Shown here: positions 10,257-22,077 of the stretch, piece by piece
How the letters are laid out: the number at the start of each line of letters is the position of its first letter
Numbering within the stretch: the first letter of the stretch is position 1
Origin: Octopus sinensis
Taxonomy: Eukaryota
DNA: 24,112 nt
Direction of reading: 5' to 3'
Assembly (NCBI RefSeq): GCF_006345805.1
Contig: NW_021836521.1
Location: 1 to 24,112, forward strand
Program-made: the position numbers and the translations under genes
Notes under the pieces: generated by a model
The model's input: the letters and a program-made list of their open reading frames with translations, nothing else
Told to the model about the DNA's origin: nothing
Databases searched by the model: none

Positions 10257-10658
10257 TAGGCGTAGGAGTGTCTGTGTAGTAAGTAGCTTGCTTACGAACC
10301 ACATGGTTCCGGGTTCAGTACCACTGTGTGGCACCTTGGGCAAGTGTCTTCTACTATTGCCTCGGGCCGACCAAAGCTTTGTGCGTGGATTTGATAGAAG
10401 GAAACTGAAAGAAGCCTGTCGTATATATGTATGTATATATATGTGTGTGTATGTTTGTGTGTCTGTGTTTGTCCCCTCAACTTCGCTTGAGAACCGATGC
10501 TGGTGTGTATACGTCATCGTAACTTAGCAGTTCAGCAAAGAGACTGATAGAATAAGTACTAGGCTTACAAAGAATAAATGCTGGAGCCGATTTGCTCGGC
10601 TAAAGGCGGTGCTCCAGCATGGCCACAGTCAAATGACTGAAACAAGTAAAAGAATAAA
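10257..10658 (+). mobile_element. SINE family A, full-length copy (tRNA-like head, internal TG/TA microsatellite, A-rich tail)
   Basis: A-box-like tgtctgtgtagt, B-box-like gggttcagtacc, caccttgggcaagtgtcttct core and tail aacaagtaaaaga; at least eight related pieces occur in this window. Confidence 0.9.
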
Positions 10659-10814
10659 GGAGTTATAAAACGGAAAAACGTTGTCAGCGGAGAGCCACGG
10701 GGCCTTTTTTTTTTACCCCCGTCTTATAAGGGTAGTAACATCCCATCTGTCTGCTGTTTTTACAGCTATACTATGTTCGAAATATTACGTTCTTGTCTGT
10801 ATAATACAATATAC

Positions 10815-11201
10815 GTGGAGGCGCAATGGCCCAGTGGTTAGGGCAGCGGACTCGCGGTCATAGGATCGCGGTTTCGATTCCCAGACCGGGCATTGTGTGT
10901 GTTTATTGAGCGAAAACACCTAAAGCTCCAACTAGGCTCTGGCAGGGGATGGTGGTGATCCCTGCTGTACTCTTTCACCACAACTTTCTCTCACTCTTAC
11001 TTCCTGTTTCTGTTGTACCTGTATTTCAAAGGGCCGGCATTGTCACTGTCTGTGTCACGCTGATTATCCCCGAGAACTACGTTAAGGGTACACGTGTCTG
11101 TGAAGTGCTCAGCCACTTACACGTTAATTTCACGAGCAGGCTGTTCCGTTGATTCGGATCAACCGGAACCCTCATCGTCGTAACCGACGGAGTGCTTCCA
11201 C
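10815..11201 (+). mobile_element. SINE family C, full length, with 12-bp TSD
   Basis: A box TGGCCCAGTGG, B box GGTTTCGATTCC; TSD aatacaatatac at 10803-10814 and 11202-11213; homologous to 18667-19056. Confidence 0.92.
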
Positions 11202-11354
11202 AATACAATATACTTTCGACACTTCTGAAAACAAAGTAAAGTTTTGTCTACATATGTTGTTATTGCATCTCTTTTTATCGTTTCGCAGTCATAAAATAAA
11301 GAAACCGTCAGGTGCTGGTTTCGATTCAATGGAATTGGCTAACCGCTTCCCTTC

Positions 11355-12335
11355 AAAAATGCTGGCCTTGTGCCAAAATTAGTTACAATGTGGTGAACTA
11401 GCAGAAGCGTTAGAGGGCCGGTGAAAATGCTTTGCATTATTTCTTCCGTTTTTTTGCCTAGAGTAGAGAAGAAAATAAAGGGCGGCGAGCTGGCAGAATC
11501 GTTAGCACACCGGGCGAAATATTTAGCGGTATTTCGTCTGTCTTCGCGTTCTGAGTTCAAATTCCGCCGAGGTCGACTTTGCCTTTCATCTTTTCGGGGT
11601 CGATAAATTAAGTACCAGTTGTGTACTGGGGTCGATCTAATTGACTGGTCCCCTCCCGCCAAAATTTCGGGCCTTGTGCTTAGAGCAGTAAAGAATATTT
11701 CTTACAGTTAATGTGGCGAACTGGCAGACTCGTTAGCACGCCGGGCGAAATGCTTAGCGGTATTTCGTCTACCGCTACGTTCTGAGTTCAAATTCCTCCG
11801 AGGTCGACTTTGCTTTTCATCCTTTCGGAGTCGATTAAATAAATACCAGTTACGCACTGGGTCGATGTAATCGACTTAGTCCCTTTGTCTGTCCTTGTTC
11901 GTCCCCTCCAGGTTTAGCCCCTCTGTGGACAATAACGAAATATATATTTTGATTATATTTTAAGACAGTTATTGATAGAGTAGCGATCTGGCCGAATCGT
12001 TAGAGAGTCAAAAATATTTTGTGTCTTTTTTTTTCTGGTTTTTTAAATTTCGATTTCAAATCCTGCCTAGTTCTTTCATCCTTTTCGTGTCGATGAAACA
12101 AATACCATATTTGAGCACTGGCATTGAAGTAATCGCCTGACCCTAAAATTGCTGGCCTTGTACCAATATTTGAAACCATTGTTACAATGTACATGGCTGC
12201 GAGATGACAGCATTCTTAGAGAGCCGGGAAAAACCTTTGCAGTATTTCCTTTGGCACTTTTCGTTCTGAGTCTAAATACTGCGGACGTCAACTTTGCTTT
12301 TCGTCTTTACAGAATCGATAAAAATAAATGACCGT
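11355..12335 (+). mobile_element. Head-to-tail cluster of SINE family B copies (about 11388-11450, 11481-11697, 11714-11940, 11983-12185, 12195-12330)
   Basis: Repeated ggcga(g/a)ctggcaga.tcgttag heads, gttctgagttcaaattcc B box and ctttcatcctttcgg.gtcgat core, all on the + strand. Confidence 0.85.
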
Positions 12336-12960
12336 TTTGGCTGTTAATCGGAGCAGTGGATTAGCAAAGGTTCTTAGCATATTGGAAGAAAGAGATTTTT
12401 TTTTTACCTCTTACTTCAATTAACAGCCATGATAAAACAAATAAAATGTTATATCTCTTCACACCTGGTAATAAACTGAAGGAAGTCTACAACATGCGGT
12501 TAGGGGTTTCAAATATTTGAATTGACAGATATCAAAGTCAAGCTCGTATTCTGTAGGAATGCGAAGGTGAGATAGAGTTTATTGCAGGATACAGCTGTTC
12601 TGAAGAAAAATAATTTCTGCGAGAAATTTGAAACGTGTCTGTGAAATTTGAAAGAAGTGTGGACGAGATTTACTAAATTTAGTAAATTCTCAGGTTTCTA
12701 ATGGTAAACTCCCGGACTGGTGGGGCCAATGAATGAAGCTGAATGGAACAACGTTCATAGAAAAAACAGTTGAAATGGGTCAAATTTACAACATTCCATC
12801 AATAACAAAGAGGTTTGAGTAACAAAGAGAGACCATCTCCACATAGATTGCGTATTCAATTCTGTATTCTATCAAGACGAAACAGAACATTGGAATAAAT
12901 CCATCCAAAATATGCGAACTTTTATGCGGTATTGGAAAATAAAGCGGTATAAGATTAAAA

Positions 12961-13018
12961 TAGTCATCTATGTATCATACTTAATGTATATACATTAAGT
13001 ATGATACATAGGTGGCTA
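12961..13018. repeat. Perfect 44-bp palindrome (12968-13011), extended by wobble pairs to 58 nt
   Basis: ctatgtatcatacttaatgtat|atacattaagtatgatacatag; the flanks tagtcat/gtggcta pair with two T.G wobbles. Confidence 0.9.
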
Positions 13019-13360
13019 GTTTTGTGAGAGCATTGTTCTGTTTTGGTTCTTGTAGAGATACAGTAAAGCTTCAAGTTTTAGAAACTTTTCTTTTTTGAAC
13101 GATGAAACGAGTCCATTATTTTTAGCTCTTAGGTAGTAGTCGATTTGTAAGAGTTCCATTTCAAATTAGGCATAAATTTAAGACCCAAGCGTCTATGCAA
13201 GCAAGGAGTATCTTCTTCAAAGTAGTCCCATCAATCAAAACAGGTGAGAGCAAGAATTTCACGATGGTAGAGGGAAAATGCAGAGCTGATTCTAGAAGCA
13301 TGAAACGTACCGTGCCGTATGTTTCGCATTGCACGATTCCAAGAACTGAAAATATATACT

Positions 13361-13993
13361 ACTAGGTCCACTTTTAATGTTCTTAGAAAAGAGTGATGTC
13401 ATCAGAAAATATGCCAATACGCTATTATTATTGTTATATTTCGGGGCGGTCATTTTTTCTTGCCAAATAAACACACGCACTATATAATCGTTCTTCACTG
13501 CAGATTTATTATTGTTCTTATTTATGTCCATTGTCTGGAAATCTTTCGTCACACGTCCTGTGACCTCTTCAGCGACTCTCCATCCCACGTGCCTCCTCCT
13601 GTTCTGTTTAGTCCATGGACGAACGTGGGATGTGTGTCGAAAGATTTTCAGACAAAGGACATAAAATAAGAACAATAATAAATCTGAAGCGAAAAACGAA
13701 TATATAGTGCGTGTGTTTATTTGGCAAAAAAATGACCGTCCCGAAATATAACAAAAAAGTAATAAAGTCCTTTATTGTCATATTTTCTGATGACATGACG
13801 CTTTTCTAAGAACATTAACAGTGGATCTAGTTACACGTAGAATGGAGAGTCGCTGAAGAGGTCACAGGACGTGCGTCGAAAGACTTCCAGATGAAGGACA
13901 TAAAATAAGAACAATGATGAAATAAATCTGAAGTGCCTGTGTTTATTTAGCAAAAAAGAATTTTAAAAAAGGCCATCATGAAATATAACAATA
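13361..13993. mobile_element. Tripartite Penelope-like fold-back: inverted arms 13361-13590 / 13623-13831 plus a third partial copy at about 13835-13993
   Basis: actaggtccac...cccacgt vs acgtggg...gtggatctagt. The third copy (atggagagtcgctgaagaggtcacaggacg..aataaatctgaag) is direct to the right arm. A hammerhead-like motif is followed by AATAAA. Confidence 0.7.
13533..13576 (-). ncRNA. Hammerhead ribozyme-like motif (probably degenerate)
   Basis: Minus strand: gtcg-CTGAAGA-g-gtcaca-ggacg-tgtgac-GAA-agattt-C-cagac; 6-bp stem II, near-palindromic short stem III, bulged stem I. Confidence 0.5.
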
Positions 13994-14912
13994 CCTGTTT
14001 CAATACGCGATTTCACATCAATAATCTTGCATAACAAATTCATAAACTTAACGACTTGACTATTTTGTCAGGAAAATCGCCGATAAAGAGCAGGAAGAGC
14101 GTAGGTCTTAGGACAGATACTCCTGGTCTATCCTCCTCATATATTTCATGAATATATATCTGAGTTGCCACTGGTGGCAGCTTTCAAACGTTTTTCTCCG
14201 TTGGGAACACTCAGATGGCGAGTGGGAAAAGATTCTACCAGATAAACCACGACTGGTTTGTTTATGAAGCAGGCCACAAGCACCATACCTTCTCAAATTC
14301 TTTGGAGATGTCGAAGGCCAAAAAGATAAGCATAAACGCTGCTTTCTGGTATGCTGCTGCTGCTGTTGCTTCTGTGAGTGGTGCTGTATCGTATGAGGGG
14401 TGAATCTGGAAGACTGAAAACCGCAACGCTTGTCACTAAAGAACTTGACTCTCTTCAAGTGGTTAATGACGTGCTTCTAAAAGATGGAATCAAACGGCTA
14501 ACTTTGCATACTTAATAGGCTAATTGTTCTATATTAAGGAAGAGAGAAGGGACAGAGAGAGAGGGGGGAAAGAGAGCGGGTGAGAGAGAGGATTATTGAG
14601 AAGGAGGGCGTGCGAGTGTGAGAGGGAGAGAGGGAGGAAGACAAAGAGAGAAAGAGAAAGAGAGGGAAAGAAAGAGAAAAAAATGGCTGAAAAGGTTATC
14701 AAACAACCAGGATCACTCAAAATTTGAAAATGGAGTTAAATTCTTTTCTAATCACTGAGTGGAACCTGCCAAATGTATGAAGTCTGAGTTTTAGGTGAAA
14801 TCCAGCGAATATTCGTATTCAACAACAACAAATCTCTACTGACATGGTATTTCCGAACCCGTTAGACATACCTGGATCCCACCTCAACAGCTTCAGAGGT
14901 TGTAGCAATGTA

Positions 14913-15060
14913 AGTTCAAATCAAATTCCGCAGAGGGTGACTTTGCCCTTCATCCTTTCGGGATCGATAAATCAAATACCAGTTGCGTACTGGGGTCAAT
15001 ATAATCAACTGGTCCCCTCCCCAAAGATTTCAGGCCTTGTGCCAAGAGTAGAAAAAGAAA
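14913..15060 (+). mobile_element. SINE family B, 5'-truncated
   Basis: caaattccgcagagggtgactttgcccttcatcctttcgggatcgataaatcaaataccagttgcgtactggggtc..ggccttgtgccaagagtagaaaa. Confidence 0.85.
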
Positions 15061-15142
15061 TGTAAGTTCAATGATAGTTGAGGTTTGATCCGATGCGATA
15101 CGAGTTTTCGCTCAGAATATTTTTCCTGACTTCATACTGTTT

Positions 15143-15143
15143 A

Positions 15144-15235
<92 letters not shown>

Positions 15236-15301
15236 AATCTATTTATCTATCTATCTATCTGTCGATTTAACTAGATAGATAGATAGATAGATAGATAGAT
15301 T

Positions 15302-15374
<73 letters not shown>
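15143..15374. repeat. Inverted microsatellite pair (TATC)n / (GATA)n
   Basis: (TATC)n at about 15143-15260, spacer gtcgatttaac, (GATA)n at about 15272-15374. Confidence 0.9.
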
Positions 15375-15488
15375 TTTTTGTAGTTTTTATAATAATAAAC
15401 ATTTGTATATTTATTTATATAATGTATACATATTTATTATATATCTTCGTATATAATATATATATACGTGTGTGTGTGTGTGTGTGTG

Positions 15489-15840
15489 TACTTTGATACT
15501 TTGATAGATTTCTGCCAGTATTGGCCCAGGCCATGTCTAACATAATAGCACCACCTGGCGAAGTCATTTAAATCAGGAATCGGGCAACATGGCCCACTCA
15601 AGTAGAGAATTATTATTTTAGGGAGACATATCCGGGTGTAGGAGGTTTATCCGAGATTTTTTGAAGGAATTTGTCCAAAGACTTCTTGAACTTTATGGGG
15701 TCTGTTTCTGCTTTATTGTGTTTTGTTGTAACGTTAAAGAGGGCGGGGTCAAATGATGTGAAATAATTGCGCCGTATTGTTGTTAGGAAATGCAAGTGTG
15801 ATTTACGTTGTGGGGCGGATAGCACGAGGCCCAAGTCTGG
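15489..15840 (-). pseudogene. 3' remnant of a CR1-clade LINE (ORF2 C-terminus, 3'UTR, tandem tail)
   Basis: Minus strand: ..TIRRNYFTSFDPALFNVTTKHNKAETDPIKFKKSLDKFLQKISDKPPTPGY..NSLLEW, the FKxxLDxFLxxIPDxP..GY..NSL pattern. The 3'UTR contains ggtggtgc, and the 8-nt tail repeat (tatcaaag)2 follows. Flanked by (TG)n and (TA)n. Confidence 0.8.
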
Positions 15841-15844
15841 TATA

Positions 15845-15890
<46 letters not shown>

Positions 15891-16280
15891 AAAGCATATA
15901 TTCATATATATGTATCTACCTATGCACACATTTATATGCGTGTGTGTATGTGTATATGTATGCATGTATGCGAAGTAGATTTTGAAAAAGGATATATGAA
16001 CAAGGAGCACGTAGTTTGAGCGCCTCGTGTTTATATGTTTAACCCTAGGTGTTCCTGCTGAGGACGATTTCACTTAGCGAGTGTATATGTTATTCATTCA
16101 CTTGCTAAACTAAAATCAGAAACCAATTGGTCCAGGAAACTAGATGGTAGAATGTTTTTATTTTTCCTTTCGTTCTTGTCGAATTTTATCCCTAATTTTG
16201 TGGTTATAGAACCTAGCTGTTCTTTCTAGCGTGTTGAATCCTATGAGTGGATTCTTCATGTGTTTAAATGCACACTGTAT

Positions 16281-16329
<49 letters not shown>

Positions 16330-16362
16330 TGCATAGAGAGAGAGGGAGAGGGATAGGCAAAC

Positions 16363-16397
<35 letters not shown>

Positions 16398-16458
16398 TAG
16401 ACAGACAGAAAGATAGACAGACACACAGACAGACAGATAGACAGACAGACAAACAGAC

Positions 16459-16522
<64 letters not shown>

Positions 16523-16607
16523 TTGCTTTTGTATATCTACGGGGTTTTATATACGTATAGAAATGTCTCTACCTAGCTAGGGCACATCTGTGTGTGTTCA
16601 TTTATAC

Positions 16608-16640
<33 letters not shown>

Positions 16641-16904
16641 TACACCACCACCACCACCACCACCATTGCCATTACCATTCAGACATGAACACGCGCCAGT
16701 TTCATGTATATATATATATACATAAATGTTATTAAATTTTTAACGAGAAAAATATGTGGCACATCCGGTACACCGGGAACTCACCAAGGTGTACTAGCTT
16801 CTGCATTGATATAGGATGGCAGAGAGAGACCTTTTTTTTTTGGACTGTTTGTGATGGTGAGGGAGATAGTAGTACGTAGTGGTAGTGTTGCTAGTTGAGG
16901 TGGC

Positions 16905-17252
16905 GGTGGCTGCGGCGGCGGCGGTGGTGGTGATGTTCGGTGGTGGTGGTGGTGGTGGTGATGGTGGTGGTGGTGGTGGTGTGGTGGTGGTGGTGGTGGT
17001 GGTGGTGGTGGTGGTGGTGGTGAGTGTGGAGATGGTTTGATAATGTTGAAGATTATGGCGGTGATGGTGCTGGTGTTGCTGGTAGTTAATTCTCTTTGGT
17101 GGTGATGGTCGTGGCGGTGGTGGTTGCAGTGGTGGTGGTGGTGGTGGTGGTGGTGATGGTGGTGGTGATAGCAATACGGTTGTAGCCGTTGTTGTTGATG
17201 ACGCTGCTGGTGGTGGTGGTGGTGGTGGTGGTGGTGGTGGTGGTGGTGGTGG
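16905..17252. repeat. (GGT)n trinucleotide-rich tract
   Basis: Direct reading. Confidence 0.9.
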
Positions 17253-17296
17253 TGTATAAGCGTGCCGGAGTATTGATACGTGGAAGAGGAAGAGAA

Positions 17297-18150
17297 GTGT
17301 GTGTGTGTGAATATGTGTGTGTGTGTGTGTGTGCGTGTGTGTGTGTGTATGTGTGTATGTGTGTGTGTGTGTGTGTGTGTATGTGTGTGTGTGTGTGAGT
17401 GAGTGTTATGTTCGAGTGAACGTTTCAGAGTAAAACGGAGAAGAGGTGATGGAGATATGTTCTGGAGGCGAACCAATCGGGTTTCATGTTTCGTAAGAGG
17501 TGCCGAATACTCATCTGTGTGTGTATATGTGTGTGTGTATGTGTGTGTGCATGCGTGCGTGTGTGTAAGGGTATGTGTGTGTGCATATCTGTGGGTGCAT
17601 ACGTGTGCGTGTGGGTGTGGGTGTGTGTGTGTGCATGTTTGTGTGTGCGTGTGCGTAAGGGTGTGTGTGTGTGAATGTGTGTGTATGCGTGTGCGTGAGG
17701 GTGTGTATGTGTGCATGTGCGTGTCTATATGCACGTACGTGAGGGTGTGTGTGTATATGTGTGTATATTTGTGTGTGTAAGGGTGTGTATGCGTGCATGT
17801 GTGTGTGTGTGTATGCGTGTACTTCAGATTGTGCGTATGTGCGCATGTGTGTGTATGCGTGTGCGTGAGGGTGCGTATGTGTGCATAACTGTGTGTGCGT
17901 GCGTGAAGGGGGGTGCATATCTGTGTGTGTGTGTGCGTGTGCCTGAGGGCGAGTGTGTGCGTATATGTGTGTGTATGCGCGTGCGAGAGAGTGTTTGTGT
18001 GCATATGTGCGTATGCATGTGCGTGAGGATGTGTGCATATGTGTGTGTGAATGCGTGAGCGTGTGTGTGCGCGCATGTGTGTAAGCGTGTGCGTGAGATT
18101 GTGTGTGTGTGTGCATATGTGTGAGTATGTTTGTGTGTGTGTGTGTGTGT
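17297..18150. repeat. Degenerate (TG)n / alternating purine-pyrimidine tract with the recurring unit gtgtgtatgcgtgtgcgtgaggg
   Basis: Direct reading; source of the His/Thr-rich 431-aa and 223-aa pseudo-ORFs. Confidence 0.85.
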
Positions 18151-18363
18151 TCGAAGATTTGATGAGGCTGATGAAGAGACAATGTACAGAGGACTGGGCG
18201 GTTGTATCATAGTAATAGTTGTTGTTGTTGTTGTTATTGTTGTTGCTGTGGTGGTGGTGGTGGTGGTGGTGGCTGTAGTAGTGGTGGCGGCAGCGATGGT
18301 GGTGCTATTGGAGGTGAAGTTGGATGCGCGAGTGCATAAGATGTTTTTTTCTTTTGTTTGTGT

Positions 18364-18413
<50 letters not shown>

Positions 18414-18666
18414 GTGCGAAGGTGGGTGATGAAATATCTGGAAATTAAGGGCTGGAGATTGTGTGCACATGTGATGTGCATATATGTGCGTGTGTATGTA
18501 CGCAGCATAAGATATGCGAGTATGAGTGCGCGCGCACGCGTGTGTGAGTTTATATTCTGTAGAAAGAACGAGGGATGAACAGGGAAGGGATACTTTTAGC
18601 TGTAGAGGAAGGATGTGGTATTTGTATATTTGTTGCTATTGTTGCTGTTGTTGTTGTTGTTATCGT

Positions 18667-19056
18667 GTGGAGGCGCAATGGCCCAGTGGTTAGAGCAGCG
18701 GGCTCGCGGTTATAGGATCACGGTTTCGATTCCCAGACCGGGCGTTGCGAGTGTTTATTAAGCGAAAACACCTAAAGCTCCACGAGGCCTCCGGCAGCGG
18801 GTGGTGGTGAACCCTGCTGTATTCTTTCACCACAACTGTCTCTCACTCTTTCTTCCTGTTTCTGTTGTAGCTGTATTTCAAAGGGGCCAGCCTTTTCACA
18901 CTCTCTGTCACGCTGAATCTCCCCGAGAACTACGTTAAGGTTACGCGCGTCCGTGGAATGCTCAGCCACTTGCACGTTAATTTCACGAGCAAACTGTTCC
19001 ATTGATCGGATCAACTGGAACCCTCGTCGTCGTAACTGACGGAGTGCCACGAAAAA
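18667..19056 (+). mobile_element. SINE family C, full length, with 12-13-bp TSD
   Basis: Same A and B boxes as 10815-11201; TSD tgttgttatcgt(g) at 18655-18667 and 19057-19069. Confidence 0.92.
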
Positions 19057-19364
19057 TGTTGTTATCGTGGTGGTGGTGGTGGTGGTGGTGGTGGTGGTGT
19101 GTGGTAGTGGAGTGAGCATGTTGCTATTGTTGTTGTTATTGTTGTTGGTGGTAGTAGTGGTGGTGGAGCCAGTTGATACGTCTCTATTGTCTTCTTCTTC
19201 TTCTTCTTCTTCTTCTTCTTCTTCTTCTTCTTCTTCTTCTTCTCCTTCTTCTTCTTCTTCTTCCAATCAGGACTCACGCCATTAGCCACAAAGAATAATC
19301 TCTAATTCGAGCCTACTCTAAGCTGCTAAGAATGCGTGTGGCAACATGAAGATCCACCCACCAC

Positions 19365-19497
19365 ACGTGGCTATAGTAAAAGACACTTGCCCAAGGTGCC
19401 ACGCAGTAGGCCTGAACCCGGAATCATGTGGTTGGTAAGCAAGCTACTTACATATGCATATGTAAGTATGTATGCATATATATGTACAGCCACTCCC
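19365..19497 (-). mobile_element. SINE family A head fragment
   Basis: ggctatagtaaaagacacttgcccaaggtgccacgcagt..tgaacccggaatcatgtggttggtaagcaagctactta..cagccactcc. Confidence 0.8.
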
Positions 19498-19748
19498 ATT
19501 TTTTTTAATACGTTTATTTTTGGATAGGACCTTATGTTTGTTTACCATTTTTTCTTCTTTTTCTTTTGTCAAATTTAACCTGAACACCTTAAAGTCCAAA
19601 AGCCATACATTGCAGGTTATTGTTGAGCAGATGTCTTCAAACACAGCAATCGGTCTACTGTGTCTTGAAGCTGAAGCCACCGTTACCTTTTGGCAAAGAA
19701 AAGAAGTCTAACTTCTCTCGCCGAGTGATAACAGCGAAGAAGCTGTAC

Positions 19749-20032
19749 AGGCGCAGGAGTGGCTGTGTGCTAAGTAGCTTGCTTACCAGCCACATGATTC
19801 CGGTTTCGTTCCCACTGCGTGGCACCTTGGGCAAGTGTCTTCTACTATAGCCTCGGGCCGACCAAAGCCTTGTGAGTGGATTTGATAGACGGAAACTGAA
19901 AGAAGCCCGTCGTATATACTAGGCTTACAAAGAATAAGTCCTGGGGCCGATTTGCTCGACTAAAGGCGGTACTCCAGCATGGCCGCAGTCACATGACTGA
20001 AACAAGTAAAAGAGTAAAGAGAGTAAAGAGAG
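19749..20032 (+). mobile_element. SINE family A copy with internal deletion
   Basis: Head and tail match 10257-10658, but cgtcgtata is joined directly to tactaggcttac, so the middle is missing. Confidence 0.9.
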
Positions 20033-20349
20033 TTGAAGACGTGGTAACTTTGGAGGACACAGTTCTTCCTCCAATGTCTTAACCATTTCTATACTAAGTG
20101 AATTACTTATAATTACTTAGAATAATATGTATTTTTTCCTTTGTTTCTTCCTTGCTTTCATTCTTTTTTTCTTTCGTTCTATTTTTCTTTCTTCTTTTTT
20201 TTTTGATGTATTTATTTTGAATATCAGCATCATAATTAATGTGATCTAATTGGCTATTATGCAAACATATGTTAATAATTATGTAATTAGGAAATGACAT
20301 AACAATTGATATCCATCTTTGTTGGTGTATATGTAACTGTGTGTTTGTA

Positions 20350-21009
20350 GACGTGTGTATAAATATATATATATATACACATGCACACAACATACAACAC
20401 ACACACACACATACACATGTATATACACATACAAATTTAGCGATATATATGTGAATTTGGTATGCAAACATATATATATATATATGCGTGTGTGTGTGTG
20501 TGTGTGTATGCATATGTAAGTACGTATGCATATATATGTACATACATGCATATATTTCAATAGATGTACATATATACGCGTATGTGTCTGCATGTGTGTA
20601 TGTATGTATTATGCATGTATGTGTGTGTAGTGCATCTTCCATACATGCCTATATGTGTGTGTGCATGTATGAATGCATGCATGTATGTATGTGTGTGTGT
20701 ATGTAGTGCATCTTCCATATATGTGTATGTATATGTGTGTGTGTGTGTGTTTACGGATGTGTGTATGAATGTGTATTATACTGTGATACATTTATATGTT
20801 ATTGAATGTTGTTATTGCATGGTGTGTGCATATGTATTGTGTGCGGAAGCACATCGTACAAACACATCCTCGACACAATCACACACACACACACTCCAAC
20901 CTTTATATTAAATTTCGCCACTATCTGCGTTTTAGGGTGGGGTTCTTTGTACTTGGGTATTACTGTTACAACAGCATAACAAGTGTGTTCTTTCGCAGCT
21001 AAGGTTGTA

Positions 21010-21045
<36 letters not shown>

Positions 21046-21141
21046 AAGAGAGAGAGAGAGGAGAGAGAAAGAGAGAGAGAGCGAGAGAGAGAGAGATACT
21101 ACTTACATATATATATAATATATATACATACATCACACATA

Positions 21142-21197
<56 letters not shown>

Positions 21198-21256
21198 ATA
21201 ATATATATACATACATACACATATATATACTATATAACATATATATATATAAATAT

Positions 21257-21300
<44 letters not shown>

Positions 21301-21389
21301 ATATATTATATATATACATACATATATATATACATATATATATGCAGATGACCACAGCTGCAAAAGAAACACTTGTTATGCTGTTATAT

Positions 21390-21441
<52 letters not shown>

Positions 21442-21545
21442 TCTATATATACACATATATACCTATATATATATGTATATATATATACTATATATATATA
21501 ATATATATATATACATACATACATACATATATATATATAGATTAT
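20350..21545. repeat. Compound (TA)n/(TG)n/(GA)n low-complexity region
   Basis: Direct reading. Confidence 0.85.
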
Positions 21546-21844
21546 ATAATATAACATGCATACACACTCACATGCAAAGTAAACTTTACCCATTCCCCAC
21601 ATCAACTCCTGCACAGTCGCATATACATGTGAGTGGCGTATATATAAATATGGTAGTGTTGTCGGATGTCAGATGAATATGTTTACACAGTATTATCAGG
21701 ATATTATAGTTGCCAAATGTATTTCTTATTAGGATGTGGGACAAGGGAAAAATTTCGTTGTGCCGTTGTCTGAACTGGAATGAAGTAAACGTTTCCTGAA
21801 GAGCGCCCATATCTTCTCTGAAACGTTATCACGCTAATAGACAT

Positions 21845-21846
<2 letters not shown>

Positions 21847-21935
<89 letters not shown>

Positions 21936-21988
21936 GAAGAGGAAGAAGAAGAAGAGGAAGAAGAAGAAGAACAAAACGAAGAATAGTA

Positions 21989-22033
<45 letters not shown>

Positions 22034-22041
22034 TAATAATG

Positions 22042-22075
<34 letters not shown>
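21847..22075. repeat. (AAT)n-(AAG)n-(AAT)n microsatellite
   Basis: Direct reading. Confidence 0.95.

Positions 22076-22077
<2 letters not shown>

Noticed and set aside
10815-10890. tRNA gene (also 18667-18742)
   Set aside because: It has A and B boxes but no clean cloverleaf, and it continues into a 390-bp repeated body with TSDs; it is a SINE head.
11355-12335. CRISPR-like repeat array
   Set aside because: Units are ~200-bp diverged SINE copies in eukaryotic DNA, with no constant short repeat/spacer pattern or cas genes.
12593-12645. CTGAAGA..aatttct-gcg-agaaatt..GAAACGTGTC hammerhead-like string
   Set aside because: Five extra nucleotides lie before stem II and no stem I pairing is possible; probably chance.
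14110-14400. GTPase (DTPG motif, IRG-like C-terminal resemblance)
   Set aside because: No P-loop, stops intervene, and the similarity is too weak to name without a search.
16781-18076. 431-aa His/Thr/Pro-rich ORF and overlapping ORFs
   Set aside because: Translation of (CA)n and (CAC)n repeats that lack stop codons by composition; no domain signal.
21790-21838. CTGAAGA..GAAACGTT motif before (AAT)n
   Set aside because: Core motifs are present but neither stem I nor stem II pairs convincingly; at most a very decayed PLE remnant.
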